Assembly: GCA_030867685.1 (NCBI GenBank)
Contig: JAQOWU010000008.1
Coordinates: forward strand, 1,302,001-1,366,000
Source: Wickerhamiella versatilis
Lineage: Eukaryota
Length of the DNA: 64,000 nucleotides
Reading direction: 5' to 3'
Shown piece by piece: positions 51,738 through 61,572 of the stretch. The notes beneath the pieces were generated by a model. The model was not told the DNA's origin and searched no databases. It saw only the letters and a list, made by a program, of their open reading frames with translations. Numbering within the stretch: position 1 is the stretch's first letter; the number at the start of each line of letters is the position of its first letter. The position numbers and the translations under genes were made by a program.

Positions 51738-52172
51738 ATGCCGTTGCCCTACGCTGCAATTATTGGTACAGGCGCTTTGGTGGGACTAGGATATTTCGTG
51801 GCATCACATTGGGAGGAGGTTCAATACCATTGGAATGGAATAAAGGCTCATATTGAGACTGAAAGACGTAAAGCAAAGATGCTATCATCCGATCAAAGGG
51901 GTAATATATTTTTTGGAGACTTAGATGATGAATCTGTTACTGAGACCGAAGACAATGGAGAAATTGTTGGTGAGAGTAGCTGGCGGTCCGATAACAATGA
52001 ATTGAGGCTCAGGCAACTTACGATGCCAAGGACCATAGATTCCGTTCATTCTTCACAGCTGACTTTACGCACAATGGAGGGTAGTGACGACGATTCACGT
52101 GGTTCTGATGCGCCTTCTAGTTTTGCCGTTATATCCAGTGATAGTGAGTGGACAACAGATGGTATCTCGTGA
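51738..52172 (+). CDS. Hypothetical signal-anchored protein with acidic Ser-rich tail (144 aa)
   Basis: N-terminal TM segment AAIIGTGALVGLGYFVA. Confidence 0.65.
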   Translation: MPLPYAAIIGTGALVGLGYFVASHWEEVQYHWNGIKAHIETERRKAKMLSSDQRGNIFFGDLDDESVTETEDNGEIVGESSWRSDNNELRLRQLTMPRTIDSVHSSQLTLRTMEGSDDDSRGSDAPSSFAVISSDSEWTTDGIS

Positions 52173-52271
52173 GAGGTTCGTGAGAATTGGGATGATGAAA
52201 GCTGATAACATAAAATTTTATGGCGTTTCATAAGGCCAAACATATATGATAGATAATATTTAAGATGCCTT

Positions 52272-54593
52272 TTACTTCTTGCGATAGTAGAGCTTTTTGA
52301 TGATCGGATTATGCTTCCGGAGTTCCTTGTTTTTGCTTTTATTGTACTCCACATAAGCCATGTCCTCCCCACCTGCCAGGGAAGCAAGAGAGCCTTTAAC
52401 ACTCTTGACACGAGGTTTCGCCACGGGTGCAGCACTATCTCCAAGTTCTATACCGGCTGCGTCTTCATTTTGGAGAAGCACCAACTGTAGTAGCTCTTTG
52501 CGTTCCGCCAAAGTTGAATAGACTAGATTTGGTAGTTTTTCCATACCAGCAAGATGTGTAATGACTTTGAATGTGTATCCTTGGTCGACCAAGAATGCTT
52601 GTCGCTTGGTTGAGTACTGCATCTCCTTTGTATCCTTGGACACGAGAGAATAGAAAAACGCATTAAAGCCCTCGTCGTTACGACGCTTTGCACGTAAAAT
52701 TCGACCCAGTCGTTGTGCTTCTTGTCTTCTTGAGCCAAAGTGGGAGGAAATTTGAATTAGGCAGGTAGCTTCAGGAAGGTCGATGGACGTGTCACCGACT
52801 TTAGAAAGGAAAATAGTATTCACCGCATCGTTAAATTGGAAGTTCTTAAGAATCTGCATTCTTTCCTGTTGCGGGGTTTCACCGTAAATAAAAGGCCTGT
52901 TAAGCTTGAGTGCGTAAGCTTTCAACGCATAGACATTGTCACTGAAAACAATGATCTTGTCTCCCCGAGTTTCGTGGTATTCAAGAAGAAATTGGCACGC
53001 TTGAAACTTCGTAGGATTCATAATAGGTAATAATGTTCCGCGAACCTTATCACTCAGAAGATACTCCTGGTAGAACTCAGTGGTCATAGGACACCACACT
53101 TCAGCGCATTGAACTTTAGCGATGTGACCTTTCTGGGCTAGATCCATCCAATTAGCCTCATAGAGCTTCGGTCCAATTAAGAAATTCAAGTCTTGGATCT
53201 TGTCATCTTCGCGTACCAAAGTAGCAGTAAGTCCTAGCTTCGTGTGAGCCGCAACCGTGGTGACAACTCTACGAAACATTGCAGCGGGAACGACATGTAC
53301 CTCATCTAAAATAATAAAACCCCATTCACGTGAGGTGAGGAAGTCCATCATTTTTTGAGCGTCGTAAGACCGATTGCCCGTATTAGCTACCATTGTGTAT
53401 GTCGATACGACAACTCCAGCGTTACCACTAAATTTCTCCTTCGAGTCTGAGGTGAAAACACTGACTTCTTCTGGCTTTATAGTTGACCACTGTAAGAATT
53501 GCTGTCTCCATTGCATCACACTCACAGAGGAGGTGCACAGCACAATACAACTCTTTCGTATAGTGCAAGCTGCAGTGATGCCTACTAAAGTCTTACCTGC
53601 ACCACATGGTAATACGATAATACCGGAACGCGCTCTTCCATTTCCAAACATTTTAGACAAAGATCGCTCTTGATATGGCCGGATCTGCGTCGATGGCTTC
53701 AAGTCAATATCGAGATCAGGATTACGCTGATCATTTCGAAAATCGTATTCCTCCAGAACTGGGTAATCAATCTCTTGGCATCTTTTCTTCACAGCCTCAA
53801 CGCTTTCAGCTGCAATTTCAAATGAATGGACGTCACCATCGTCCTCGACCCGTTCAACGTTTATGAGGATATCTTCATTATTTTCTTGGTTATTTTGCTG
53901 CGTGGTGTCTTGAGCAGCCTGATCATTCGCGTTCTGGCCGTCTTTATTGTGCTTTGTACCGCTTATAGTGATATCCCCTCGGGGTGCAGGCTCGTGCACG
54001 ACGTCCTGAGTTAAGCGTAGCTTGGAAATCTCCGGATCACGAAGAAGCATTTGTAAAATATCTGCATAAGATGACTCCACAAAATAACGGTTGTGTTTGA
54101 GCACCAATTTGACTTTACCATAGGAGGCTGTGCATGCGTGGATGAAAGCAACCGTGGTTCTGGGAACGGGGACCTTCGAGAGCCGGTTTAACACAGAAAT
54201 GATGTCTTCAGTTTCTAAGCCGACTGATACTGCTGCATAAAGCGAATACGCAGTTATACGATATTCGTGGATGTAACTAGGCCGACTAATAGGTTCGGCG
54301 ATTGTGATCAGGAAGTCCTGTGCCTGTTCAGCCAGTGGGGAGAAGAATTCGAGTACAATAGTTCCATCCTCCGGGCAGATCCATAGCGGCCGCTGCTCAT
54401 GGTCAGGCTTGAGATGAAGGTACGAATAATCCTGACTGCCAAATAGCGAGGAGGTGTTGTTCCCAGTGACATCTGAATCAGATCCAAGCTTCAACCGGAC
54501 CCGTGGAACCGGTTTATCTACCAATTCATCGTCAATGCTGTCCACACTAGCATCCGAATCACTACCAGAGTCTGGGTCATTCCTCTTTGACAT
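52272..54593 (-). CDS. SSL2: TFIIH helicase XPB
   Basis: [44 protein letters not shown]. Confidence 0.97.
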   Translation of the reverse strand: MSKRNDPDSGSDSDASVDSIDDELVDKPVPRVRLKLGSDSDVTGNNTSSLFGSQDYSYLHLKPDHEQRPLWICPEDGTIVLEFFSPLAEQAQDFLITIAEPISRPSYIHEYRITAYSLYAAVSVGLETEDIISVLNRLSKVPVPRTTVAFIHACTASYGKVKLVLKHNRYFVESSYADILQMLLRDPEISKLRLTQDVVHEPAPRGDITISGTKHNKDGQNANDQAAQDTTQQNNQENNEDILINVERVEDDGDVHSFEIAAESVEAVKKRCQEIDYPVLEEYDFRNDQRNPDLDIDLKPSTQIRPYQERSLSKMFGNGRARSGIIVLPCGAGKTLVGITAACTIRKSCIVLCTSSVSVMQWRQQFLQWSTIKPEEVSVFTSDSKEKFSGNAGVVVSTYTMVANTGNRSYDAQKMMDFLTSREWGFIILDEVHVVPAAMFRRVVTTVAAHTKLGLTATLVREDDKIQDLNFLIGPKLYEANWMDLAQKGHIAKVQCAEVWCPMTTEFYQEYLLSDKVRGTLLPIMNPTKFQACQFLLEYHETRGDKIIVFSDNVYALKAYALKLNRPFIYGETPQQERMQILKNFQFNDAVNTIFLSKVGDTSIDLPEATCLIQISSHFGSRRQEAQRLGRILRAKRRNDEGFNAFFYSLVSKDTKEMQYSTKRQAFLVDQGYTFKVITHLAGMEKLPNLVYSTLAERKELLQLVLLQNEDAAGIELGDSAAPVAKPRVKSVKGSLASLAGGEDMAYVEYNKSKNKELRKHNPIIKKLYYRKK

Positions 54594-54922
54594 AGACTGG
54601 TTGATTAATCAGTTGGTAAGAGTAATAACAGGAAAGTGGCGTTAGATAGGTAGAATGACAGTGCACTTTTGCGGTCTTTCTGCAAAGGGTTTTCCGCGAA
54701 GAACTTTGTGTGCAATAAAGTAAGCTTATTGCTTTCTGAGTACTAATAACAAACCTAGATGCCCTGATGAACACGATGGCTCTATTATTTTAGGCTATTT
54801 TACATAGTTTAACTTCTGTAAGTCTATTAAGTCTCAACAGAAAACGAAATAAAGCCCGAAAATATATCGTCTTCACGAATATTGGTACCTTGGTACGTGC
54901 ACACCCTTACCTCATAGTATTG

Positions 54923-56341
54923 ATGCGGCAGCGGCACCAGCTTTTTCTAGCAGTGTTCATATTTCGTTTGGTGAATGCATTTACCTTGAAAACGTTCTTT
55001 CAGCCCGATGAGTTTTATCAAGCATGGGAGCCTGCGAATCCAGGCGGCTATCTTACTTGGGAATGGGAACTGGGTATTCGTACATCGTTAATTCCGTTGA
55101 TATTCCACGCGATCATCGTAGTGAGCAGAACTCTTGGCTGCAGCCATTTGATAATCGGGAACATAGTTATGGCTCTTGTTGCTGCATCTGCTGATATGGC
55201 GTCAGCCCTAGTTGTTTCTCGTTTTGCTGGTCCAGGTACATTCGGGAAGGGGCTTGCTTTGAGCTTGGGCTCGGGATTTAACTGGATGTGCTCTACGAGA
55301 CCATTTTCTAATACGTTTGAGTATGCATTGACCGCTCTTGCTCTTGCCTTATGGCCTTTGAGAGAAGGTGGCTTTCGTTGGCCTAGATTTATCATCGCTA
55401 ACTTATTAGCCCAACTTTCAATCGCATTACGACCAAGTAATGGTCTTTATTGGACAATACTTGGTATATATTCACTTTGGATTTATCGTGACAGTGCTTG
55501 GAAAGCAATTCTACTCATATCTGGAAGTGTTGGTTTGATAACACAAGGCATAATTTTAGTTACAGACATGGCTTGGTACAATAGGCCTGTTTGGCCTTTC
55601 TGGGCTTTTCTGAAAACAAATTTTGGTGACCATGTGAGTGAACTTTATGGTGTGATGCCTTGGCATTTTTATGTGAGTCAGGCACTTCCTCTTCTTCTAC
55701 TAGGATATCTTCCGCTGGCATACCTCGGCATTAAAACCAGTAAACGTATTTTATTGGTGACTGTAGGTATCAATCTATTGGCATTCAGTATGGTCGCGCA
55801 TAAAGAGCTGCGGTTCATATACTTTCTTTTGCCTTCGCTTGAGGCTATTGCAGCCGGTGCCCGGACAAAATACTGGTGGCGCTGGTTCACCCTCCTTTTG
55901 CCATTGAATATTGCTTTTGGTCTATATTTCGGTATGGTACATCAACGTGGCGTAATGGACGTAATGCCAATCCTGCGGGACGATCCAAGTCTTTTAGAGG
56001 TCTCTTTTCTCATGCCTTGTCACTCTACTCCATGGAGCGCTCATTTGGAACGCCCCGACGTAGCTGCAAAGTCTCTTTCATGTGATCCGCCCTACTTCGT
56101 CTCTGATAAGACAAACTATGTGGATGTTGCCGACCAGTTCTATATAGACCCAACAGCGTTTCTTTCTCGACATCCCGAATATCTCAGTCAAACAGTTGTT
56201 GCATTTGAATCTCTCAACTTTCAGAAAATCGCAGACCAATTGGATATGTCCTACAGTTTACAAAAGCGCTTGTTTAATAGTCACTTCCATGATGATTGGC
56301 GACGTAAAGGCGACGTGATAGTATATCGTCGTAATTACTAG
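54923..56341 (+). CDS. GPI10: GPI mannosyltransferase III (PIG-B)
   Basis: TFFQPDEFYQ, LTWEW, HKELRFI, FLMPCHSTPW, FNSHFHDDWRRKGDV. Confidence 0.92.
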   Translation: MRQRHQLFLAVFIFRLVNAFTLKTFFQPDEFYQAWEPANPGGYLTWEWELGIRTSLIPLIFHAIIVVSRTLGCSHLIIGNIVMALVAASADMASALVVSRFAGPGTFGKGLALSLGSGFNWMCSTRPFSNTFEYALTALALALWPLREGGFRWPRFIIANLLAQLSIALRPSNGLYWTILGIYSLWIYRDSAWKAILLISGSVGLITQGIILVTDMAWYNRPVWPFWAFLKTNFGDHVSELYGVMPWHFYVSQALPLLLLGYLPLAYLGIKTSKRILLVTVGINLLAFSMVAHKELRFIYFLLPSLEAIAAGARTKYWWRWFTLLLPLNIAFGLYFGMVHQRGVMDVMPILRDDPSLLEVSFLMPCHSTPWSAHLERPDVAAKSLSCDPPYFVSDKTNYVDVADQFYIDPTAFLSRHPEYLSQTVVAFESLNFQKIADQLDMSYSLQKRLFNSHFHDDWRRKGDVIVYRRNY

Positions 56342-56507
56342 ACGTCTTAACGCAGCGAATCCACCCTCAATCCTTCCAAGAATTTTGATTCTGCCTCGAA
56401 AATCATGTTAATTTGCGTTAATTTTTCGCTGCCAGTCTACAGATGCTTTATTATTATTATTTTTACCAGCTTTATTTGGGATTACAAATCAAATTATTTT
56501 TTCCCGT

Positions 56508-56930
56508 ATGACGGATCCTGATGCTAGTCCTTTAACGTCTACAGGAAATTTGCATAACGCAACTATTACGGTACGATGTATTCGCAGTTTTGAGTATCGT
56601 ACTATTAAGAACCATGTCTTTAAGAACATGGATCTCACAAAAGTGACGGTGGGCCAGTTACTTGGTGAGGTCAAGTCAATTGCTCAAACTGCACCAGGAT
56701 GGAGACCATATCGAACAGTCAACTTCGATACACTTAAAATTTATACACATGCACATTTAACCAAGACGCAGAATCTGGCAATTAACCTTGATCATGAGGA
56801 CTGGATCCTATTCGATCACAATAAAACCCTTGCGGAATGCGGAATTCTCAATGAAACAGAGCTTTCATGTTTTAATATGGAATTATACCGACAGTATGAG
56901 GCGAATCCAGTTGATAAGTGGGATAACTAA
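56508..56930 (+). CDS. AIM29: Aim29 / UPF0538 (C2orf76-like) protein
   Basis: ATITVRCIRSFEYRTIKNHV, FDTLKIYTHAH..KTQNLAINLD, NETELSCFN. Confidence 0.9.
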   Translation: MTDPDASPLTSTGNLHNATITVRCIRSFEYRTIKNHVFKNMDLTKVTVGQLLGEVKSIAQTAPGWRPYRTVNFDTLKIYTHAHLTKTQNLAINLDHEDWILFDHNKTLAECGILNETELSCFNMELYRQYEANPVDKWDN

Positions 56931-56980
56931 CTCCTTCAAAAGTTCCGCAGTTGACGCGGGGCTTTTGAATTTGAACCACT

Positions 56981-58270
56981 TTATGCATCTAAGCCATTGA
57001 GTTGTTTAAGCATATTCCAAGCGGCAAGAGACCAATCTTCCACGTCCCGGCTTGTAAATTTCGCAGTAGGAAGACGCTGCCCGTGTTCTACTGCTCTCTG
57101 TAGTAAACCACTTAAAAAGCCGTAATCTATGCAAACACCGCGAAAAAATGCGGTACCCATGGCTTGGTGAGCCGCGGGCCTCTTTCCTGGATCAGGATTG
57201 AGCATTGCTTTAATTAAATCAACCAACAATTCGGGGACACGACAACCTCGTGCTTCCTCAGGAAACGGTATTTTTCTGCATTTCACCACATCATACGGCT
57301 CTACTCTCCGTCGTTTATCCGGAGTTGCACCCAAAGATGCAGCCACAGGTGTCACGCCATAAATAAGTTCGTAAAGAATGCATCCAACACTGTACATATC
57401 GGAGCCACAGGTAACGGTATATATATCGTCTTTCTGACGTCGGCGAAGTGTTTCGGGTGCCATATATGCGACGGTTCCCACAGCAGCAGCTCGATGAATT
57501 GACCGTGTATTTTCGGGCATCGCATTTGATATTCCAAAATCTATCAGCTTTAAACTCCCGTGTACCACAAGTAAGTTTGCCGGCTTAATGTCTGAATGCA
57601 CTATTTCGTGGTCGTGGACGGCTGCAACGCATTTCAGAACTTCAAGGCCCCAATATCTGGCAAACTCAATATCAAGTGGTTTTTTTGAGTTCAGACGAAT
57701 AATTTTAGCCAAGTCGCCGCTACCGAGCTCCATCACCATGAATATTCGGTCACCGATGGAATCACTCTCAATCAATTGTATAACCCGTGGTTCATCGCGC
57801 AAACTATTGAGCAAGTTAACTTCCCCTTTAAGTTCTGCAACTATTGAATCTTTCTCTTGTCTTTTGCAGTCAACTATCTTTAGTGCATACTCCTCTTTGG
57901 TTTCTGGATTGCATACTTTGTAAACTCGTGAATAACCCCCAGAACCTAGAATCTCTCCGAGGGCGAAGGTGCTACCGCTCACTTGAATCATAGATGGCTG
58001 GCCATTGAGGGACAAACTCGGGTTCAAACTATTTTTCTCCAAATTAGGTTTCTCTTGAATCCCTGCATTTTCTTCTCGACGCTGGCGAATACTCTCTAGA
58101 CTGACGCGCGTGAAGGATCTATTCGCAGACCCCACGGATGGTATCGCGTTCTGCTTTCGCATACTATCTACAGAGTCAGAAACCGCCTTGGGGGTGGGAT
58201 TTTGAAGATAGTTAATCCCTGGAGATGGATTGACCCTGAGCCTATCCTCAAGGCGCTGTCGATGAATCAT
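56981..58270 (-). CDS. MPS1: Mps1/TTK-family protein kinase with short N-terminus (429 aa)
   Basis: GSGGYSRVYKV, IVHSDIKPANLLVVHGSLKLIDFGISNAMPE, GTVAYMAPE. First ATG at 58270, with TATAAATA about 55 bp upstream. Confidence 0.78.
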   Translation of the reverse strand: MIHRQRLEDRLRVNPSPGINYLQNPTPKAVSDSVDSMRKQNAIPSVGSANRSFTRVSLESIRQRREENAGIQEKPNLEKNSLNPSLSLNGQPSMIQVSGSTFALGEILGSGGYSRVYKVCNPETKEEYALKIVDCKRQEKDSIVAELKGEVNLLNSLRDEPRVIQLIESDSIGDRIFMVMELGSGDLAKIIRLNSKKPLDIEFARYWGLEVLKCVAAVHDHEIVHSDIKPANLLVVHGSLKLIDFGISNAMPENTRSIHRAAAVGTVAYMAPETLRRRQKDDIYTVTCGSDMYSVGCILYELIYGVTPVAASLGATPDKRRRVEPYDVVKCRKIPFPEEARGCRVPELLVDLIKAMLNPDPGKRPAAHQAMGTAFFRGVCIDYGFLSGLLQRAVEHGQRLPTAKFTSRDVEDWSLAAWNMLKQLNGLDA

Positions 58271-58557
58271 GCAGCGATAGTTAGTATATGTGGATCCCGG
58301 GCAAGGGATTTGAGGCACCGGATATTTATAATCGTGTTCTCAACCCATCCGAAAGAAATAAAAATTTATGGCTTTTGAGTAATAAATATATAAATTGTAA
58401 AGCTACTTGTTTCGTTTCGTGCGTGAGACTTGTTTTGTCTTTTTACTGGTGAAAATCATTTCTCTGTGACTTCTTATGATGGGAAAGGCTTTCAATACGG
58501 AAAGGAATGGACAGTTCAGGAACTACTTGGATCTGATCAGCGAAAAAAAGCCAACTG

Positions 58558-60477
58558 TTATAGCTTGAGGTGAGTAGCAATTGGCCTACATGATTTTAGG
58601 CGAGCATGCATCGGTGCTAATAGTCTTGGATACCGCCTAAACAGCATTTTTGAATCTTCTCCTGTTGAATTGAAAAAGTACTTCACAGGAGTAAGGTTCA
58701 GGTCATCTGATGTCGAGACAAATAATCGTTTCCGTGCTCTTGTAGCACCTACGAATAACAATCTTCTTTGGAAGTCATGATCTTTAGAAGTTCCGAAAAA
58801 GGTATTATTGTTATATGTGAGAAAGACCACAGGCCACTCCCATCCTTTTGCTGAATGAATTGTTTGGCATGTGACACAGTTATTATGGTCAAAAGTAACT
58901 GAAGAGTCGTGGAGTGCCGCCACCAGCTCAGGCAACAGAGGCAAGGTTGGATCACATTCAGATTGGATGCTTCGTAAAAATAGTAAAAGCTCTTCAAATT
59001 TTTGCGAGAAACCTGGCATTTCGTCGCTATTTATTTCATTATCTTTGATGCTGGTGAGGGACCTCATACCTCTATCCCAAACCTCCTTTGCACTTTGAAT
59101 TCGACTCTGGAGTTTGGCCTTTCGCATTGTAAGCATGGCACAGTTAGTACTATGCCCTATTTGATCTACCGAAAAAGCCTCAGAGAGTGTGCTGGTCAGT
59201 TTAGGTAGGAATTCTTTGCTGAAAAATTCAACATCATACGCACGTCGAGGACTGCGTTCCAGGGATACTATATCATCGAGGTGTAGAGTTGGGTTTTTTA
59301 CTAGCTGTTCATATGCATTTCGGGTCATGACAGGTGCTACAGGGCTTCTCAGTATCCACCTGAAAAGATTAGGATGCGGCTGAATGGCATACTTCCATAG
59401 AGTGTATGCAAACGAATTCTCAGCATGTCGTAGCGCATGCCTGCGACCAATGAATTGATTTGAGCTTATATTTAGGTTGTTAAGCTCCGCTGTGAAGGCC
59501 TGCACTTCACGGTTTGTGAGGAACAGACATGCAATATCTCCAGGACTGTACACCCCATCCTGCAAGAGTGATTTTATTTCCAATGCTGTTGATCTTAATT
59601 GGTCAGAGCCCATGAAAGGAGTCACCTGTGCATCATAGCCATCTGTGGCGCTTGGAGCCGGTAGTTGTGGTGTATTTGAGATCCGAGAAGTATCCGCGAT
59701 AAGCCTTCTGGTTGACCGGTAATTTGTACGTAGCCGCAACTGTGCAGCCGTGGGGAACTCATCACGAAGGCGCTGGAAGGGATTATGCAAGTGATCTGGA
59801 CGGAAGTTGTATATTTCTTGCTGTCGATCTCCCACAACGGTCAAGGTATCTGGCCTTAGCATTCGCAAAAGGCGCCAGGTGCTTTCTGTTGTGTCCTGAA
59901 ACTCGTCTACAAAAATATGTCGGATCCCGCAATCTATATCTTTTGCGATTTTATATGCTAATTCCAATGACATGTCAAAGTCATACAACTTCTGCGATTT
60001 GAGAATATCCCTATAGCGTGACATTGAGCTTCGAGTCTGACTGGGAGAAAATCTCGTGAGACCAAAATCCTTCAGAAAGCGTGGCTGGTCATATTGATCG
60101 AGCAATGTCCAGACAGGTGGACCGATTCCTAATAATTCAAGCCCGCGTTCTTCAAGTAAACTTAAACTGAAAGAATGAAAGGTCGATATTCGGATGGCAG
60201 AGACTTTACTGGATTCTAGAGGCCCAACGATATCAGCCACACGTGAATATAGCGCATTACGTGCTCGTGAAGTATAAGTCAAAGCTAGCACAGACGATGG
60301 ATCTACACCGTTTGCAAGCATGCTTGCAATTCTGGAAGCCATTACAATCGTTTTTCCTGTACCAGGTCCAGCCTCAATAGAGAGTACTGGTGATTTGCAA
60401 TTGACTGCAGCATCCTGATCAACATCAAGAGCCATGCTTCCTCTTGACGCGAATTTAGGATGAGGAACCTTACTCAT
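58558..60477 (-). CDS. HMI1: UvrD/Rep-family helicase, Hmi1-like (mitochondrial)
   Basis: AGPGTGKT, TFHSF, FVDEFQDT, VVGD.QQEIY.F, NYRST, TIHSAKGWEWPVVF, RLLFVGATRA; short, with a basic C-terminal tail. Confidence 0.72.
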   Translation of the reverse strand: MSKVPHPKFASRGSMALDVDQDAAVNCKSPVLSIEAGPGTGKTIVMASRIASMLANGVDPSSVLALTYTSRARNALYSRVADIVGPLESSKVSAIRISTFHSFSLSLLEERGLELLGIGPPVWTLLDQYDQPRFLKDFGLTRFSPSQTRSSMSRYRDILKSQKLYDFDMSLELAYKIAKDIDCGIRHIFVDEFQDTTESTWRLLRMLRPDTLTVVGDRQQEIYNFRPDHLHNPFQRLRDEFPTAAQLRLRTNYRSTRRLIADTSRISNTPQLPAPSATDGYDAQVTPFMGSDQLRSTALEIKSLLQDGVYSPGDIACLFLTNREVQAFTAELNNLNISSNQFIGRRHALRHAENSFAYTLWKYAIQPHPNLFRWILRSPVAPVMTRNAYEQLVKNPTLHLDDIVSLERSPRRAYDVEFFSKEFLPKLTSTLSEAFSVDQIGHSTNCAMLTMRKAKLQSRIQSAKEVWDRGMRSLTSIKDNEINSDEMPGFSQKFEELLLFLRSIQSECDPTLPLLPELVAALHDSSVTFDHNNCVTCQTIHSAKGWEWPVVFLTYNNNTFFGTSKDHDFQRRLLFVGATRARKRLFVSTSDDLNLTPVKYFFNSTGEDSKMLFRRYPRLLAPMHARLKSCRPIATHLKL

Positions 60478-60644
60478 CTCTGTTTATTTAGAGATAGGTA
60501 GGTCTTCATTTCTTGTTTATTTTGAGTGAATTTGATCGTAAGACCACACCGTCAAGCCTTGTAATAACCAGGAAAATAAATATTAAGCATCTCATCAGGG
60601 AAGCACAATGTACAGGGTAAGGGTTGGTATTGTATAGTGAACAG

Positions 60645-61508
60645 ATGCCAGATGTGTGGTTTCAGGCAGGAGGATTTACTGATGGGAGCCTAGATTCATC
60701 TGGCAGGTATCTTGCAGTAGCTAATACTGATTGCAGCCTGTCAGTATGGGATGTGATAGCAAGAACGGAGAAGTTAAAAGAACGACACCACTTGTGTCAA
60801 ATCAATTCTGTGGCTTGGAGTCAGGACGGCCGCTACATTGTTTCTGCTGGAAATGATAAGCTTATTATTGTCATGGACTCTCGTGATTTGAAGATTTTGC
60901 GCATATTGAGAGGACATACAGCCCCAGTAACCTCTGCTTTATTTAGTCCAAAGGGTAACACAGTAGTGTCTGGAAGTATTGATGAAACGGTAAAAATATG
61001 GGATATCAAAGGAGAACGCTCAATCATGACTCTTAGTGCCCACTCAGACCCCATAATTTCAATTGATATATCTTATGATAACCGATATGTTGTTTCAGGA
61101 AGCCATGATAGTACATTTCGCATCTGGGAAATTAGGACTGGTCGCTGCTTACATTCAGTGCTAGGTTCAGCACTAGGAAAGCCCGTACTATCCGCATGCT
61201 TCTCTCCGAATGCTCGATTCGTTGCTATTAGTATGGGTGATGGTGAAACAAGACTCGTCGACTGGGCAGAAGAAGCATTGAAAAAAAGCTATAAGCTTCC
61301 AAATAATGATAACGTGGGACGGGGAATAGGTTTCTTTAAGGACTCTATCCTTGTTGGATCACAAGAAGGTATAACTATTTTCGATTTACAGACAATGCAG
61401 CTAAAAGAGACTCTTACTGTTGATGGTGGGGTCTTTGCCATATCAATTCATGATGGCATCATTGCAGGTATCGGACCAAAAAACATAGCTTTATGGCATT
61501 GTGAATGA
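60645..61508 (+). CDS. SWD3: WD40 protein, WDR5/Swd3-like
   Basis: LRGHTAPV...FSPKGNTVVSGSIDETVKIWD, LSAHSDPI, FSPNARFV. Start uncertain. Confidence 0.65.
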   Translation: MPDVWFQAGGFTDGSLDSSGRYLAVANTDCSLSVWDVIARTEKLKERHHLCQINSVAWSQDGRYIVSAGNDKLIIVMDSRDLKILRILRGHTAPVTSALFSPKGNTVVSGSIDETVKIWDIKGERSIMTLSAHSDPIISIDISYDNRYVVSGSHDSTFRIWEIRTGRCLHSVLGSALGKPVLSACFSPNARFVAISMGDGETRLVDWAEEALKKSYKLPNNDNVGRGIGFFKDSILVGSQEGITIFDLQTMQLKETLTVDGGVFAISIHDGIIAGIGPKNIALWHCE

Positions 61509-61572
61509 TATTATATTTAACTAAAAAGAAGCCTCGCATTGCGAGTTATTACAATCTTGAGGCTCCAGATAC

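Noticed and set aside
60617-60644. Possible 28-nt intron joining ATG 60608 to the WD40 ORF
   Set aside because: In frame, but too short and without a recognisable branchpoint.
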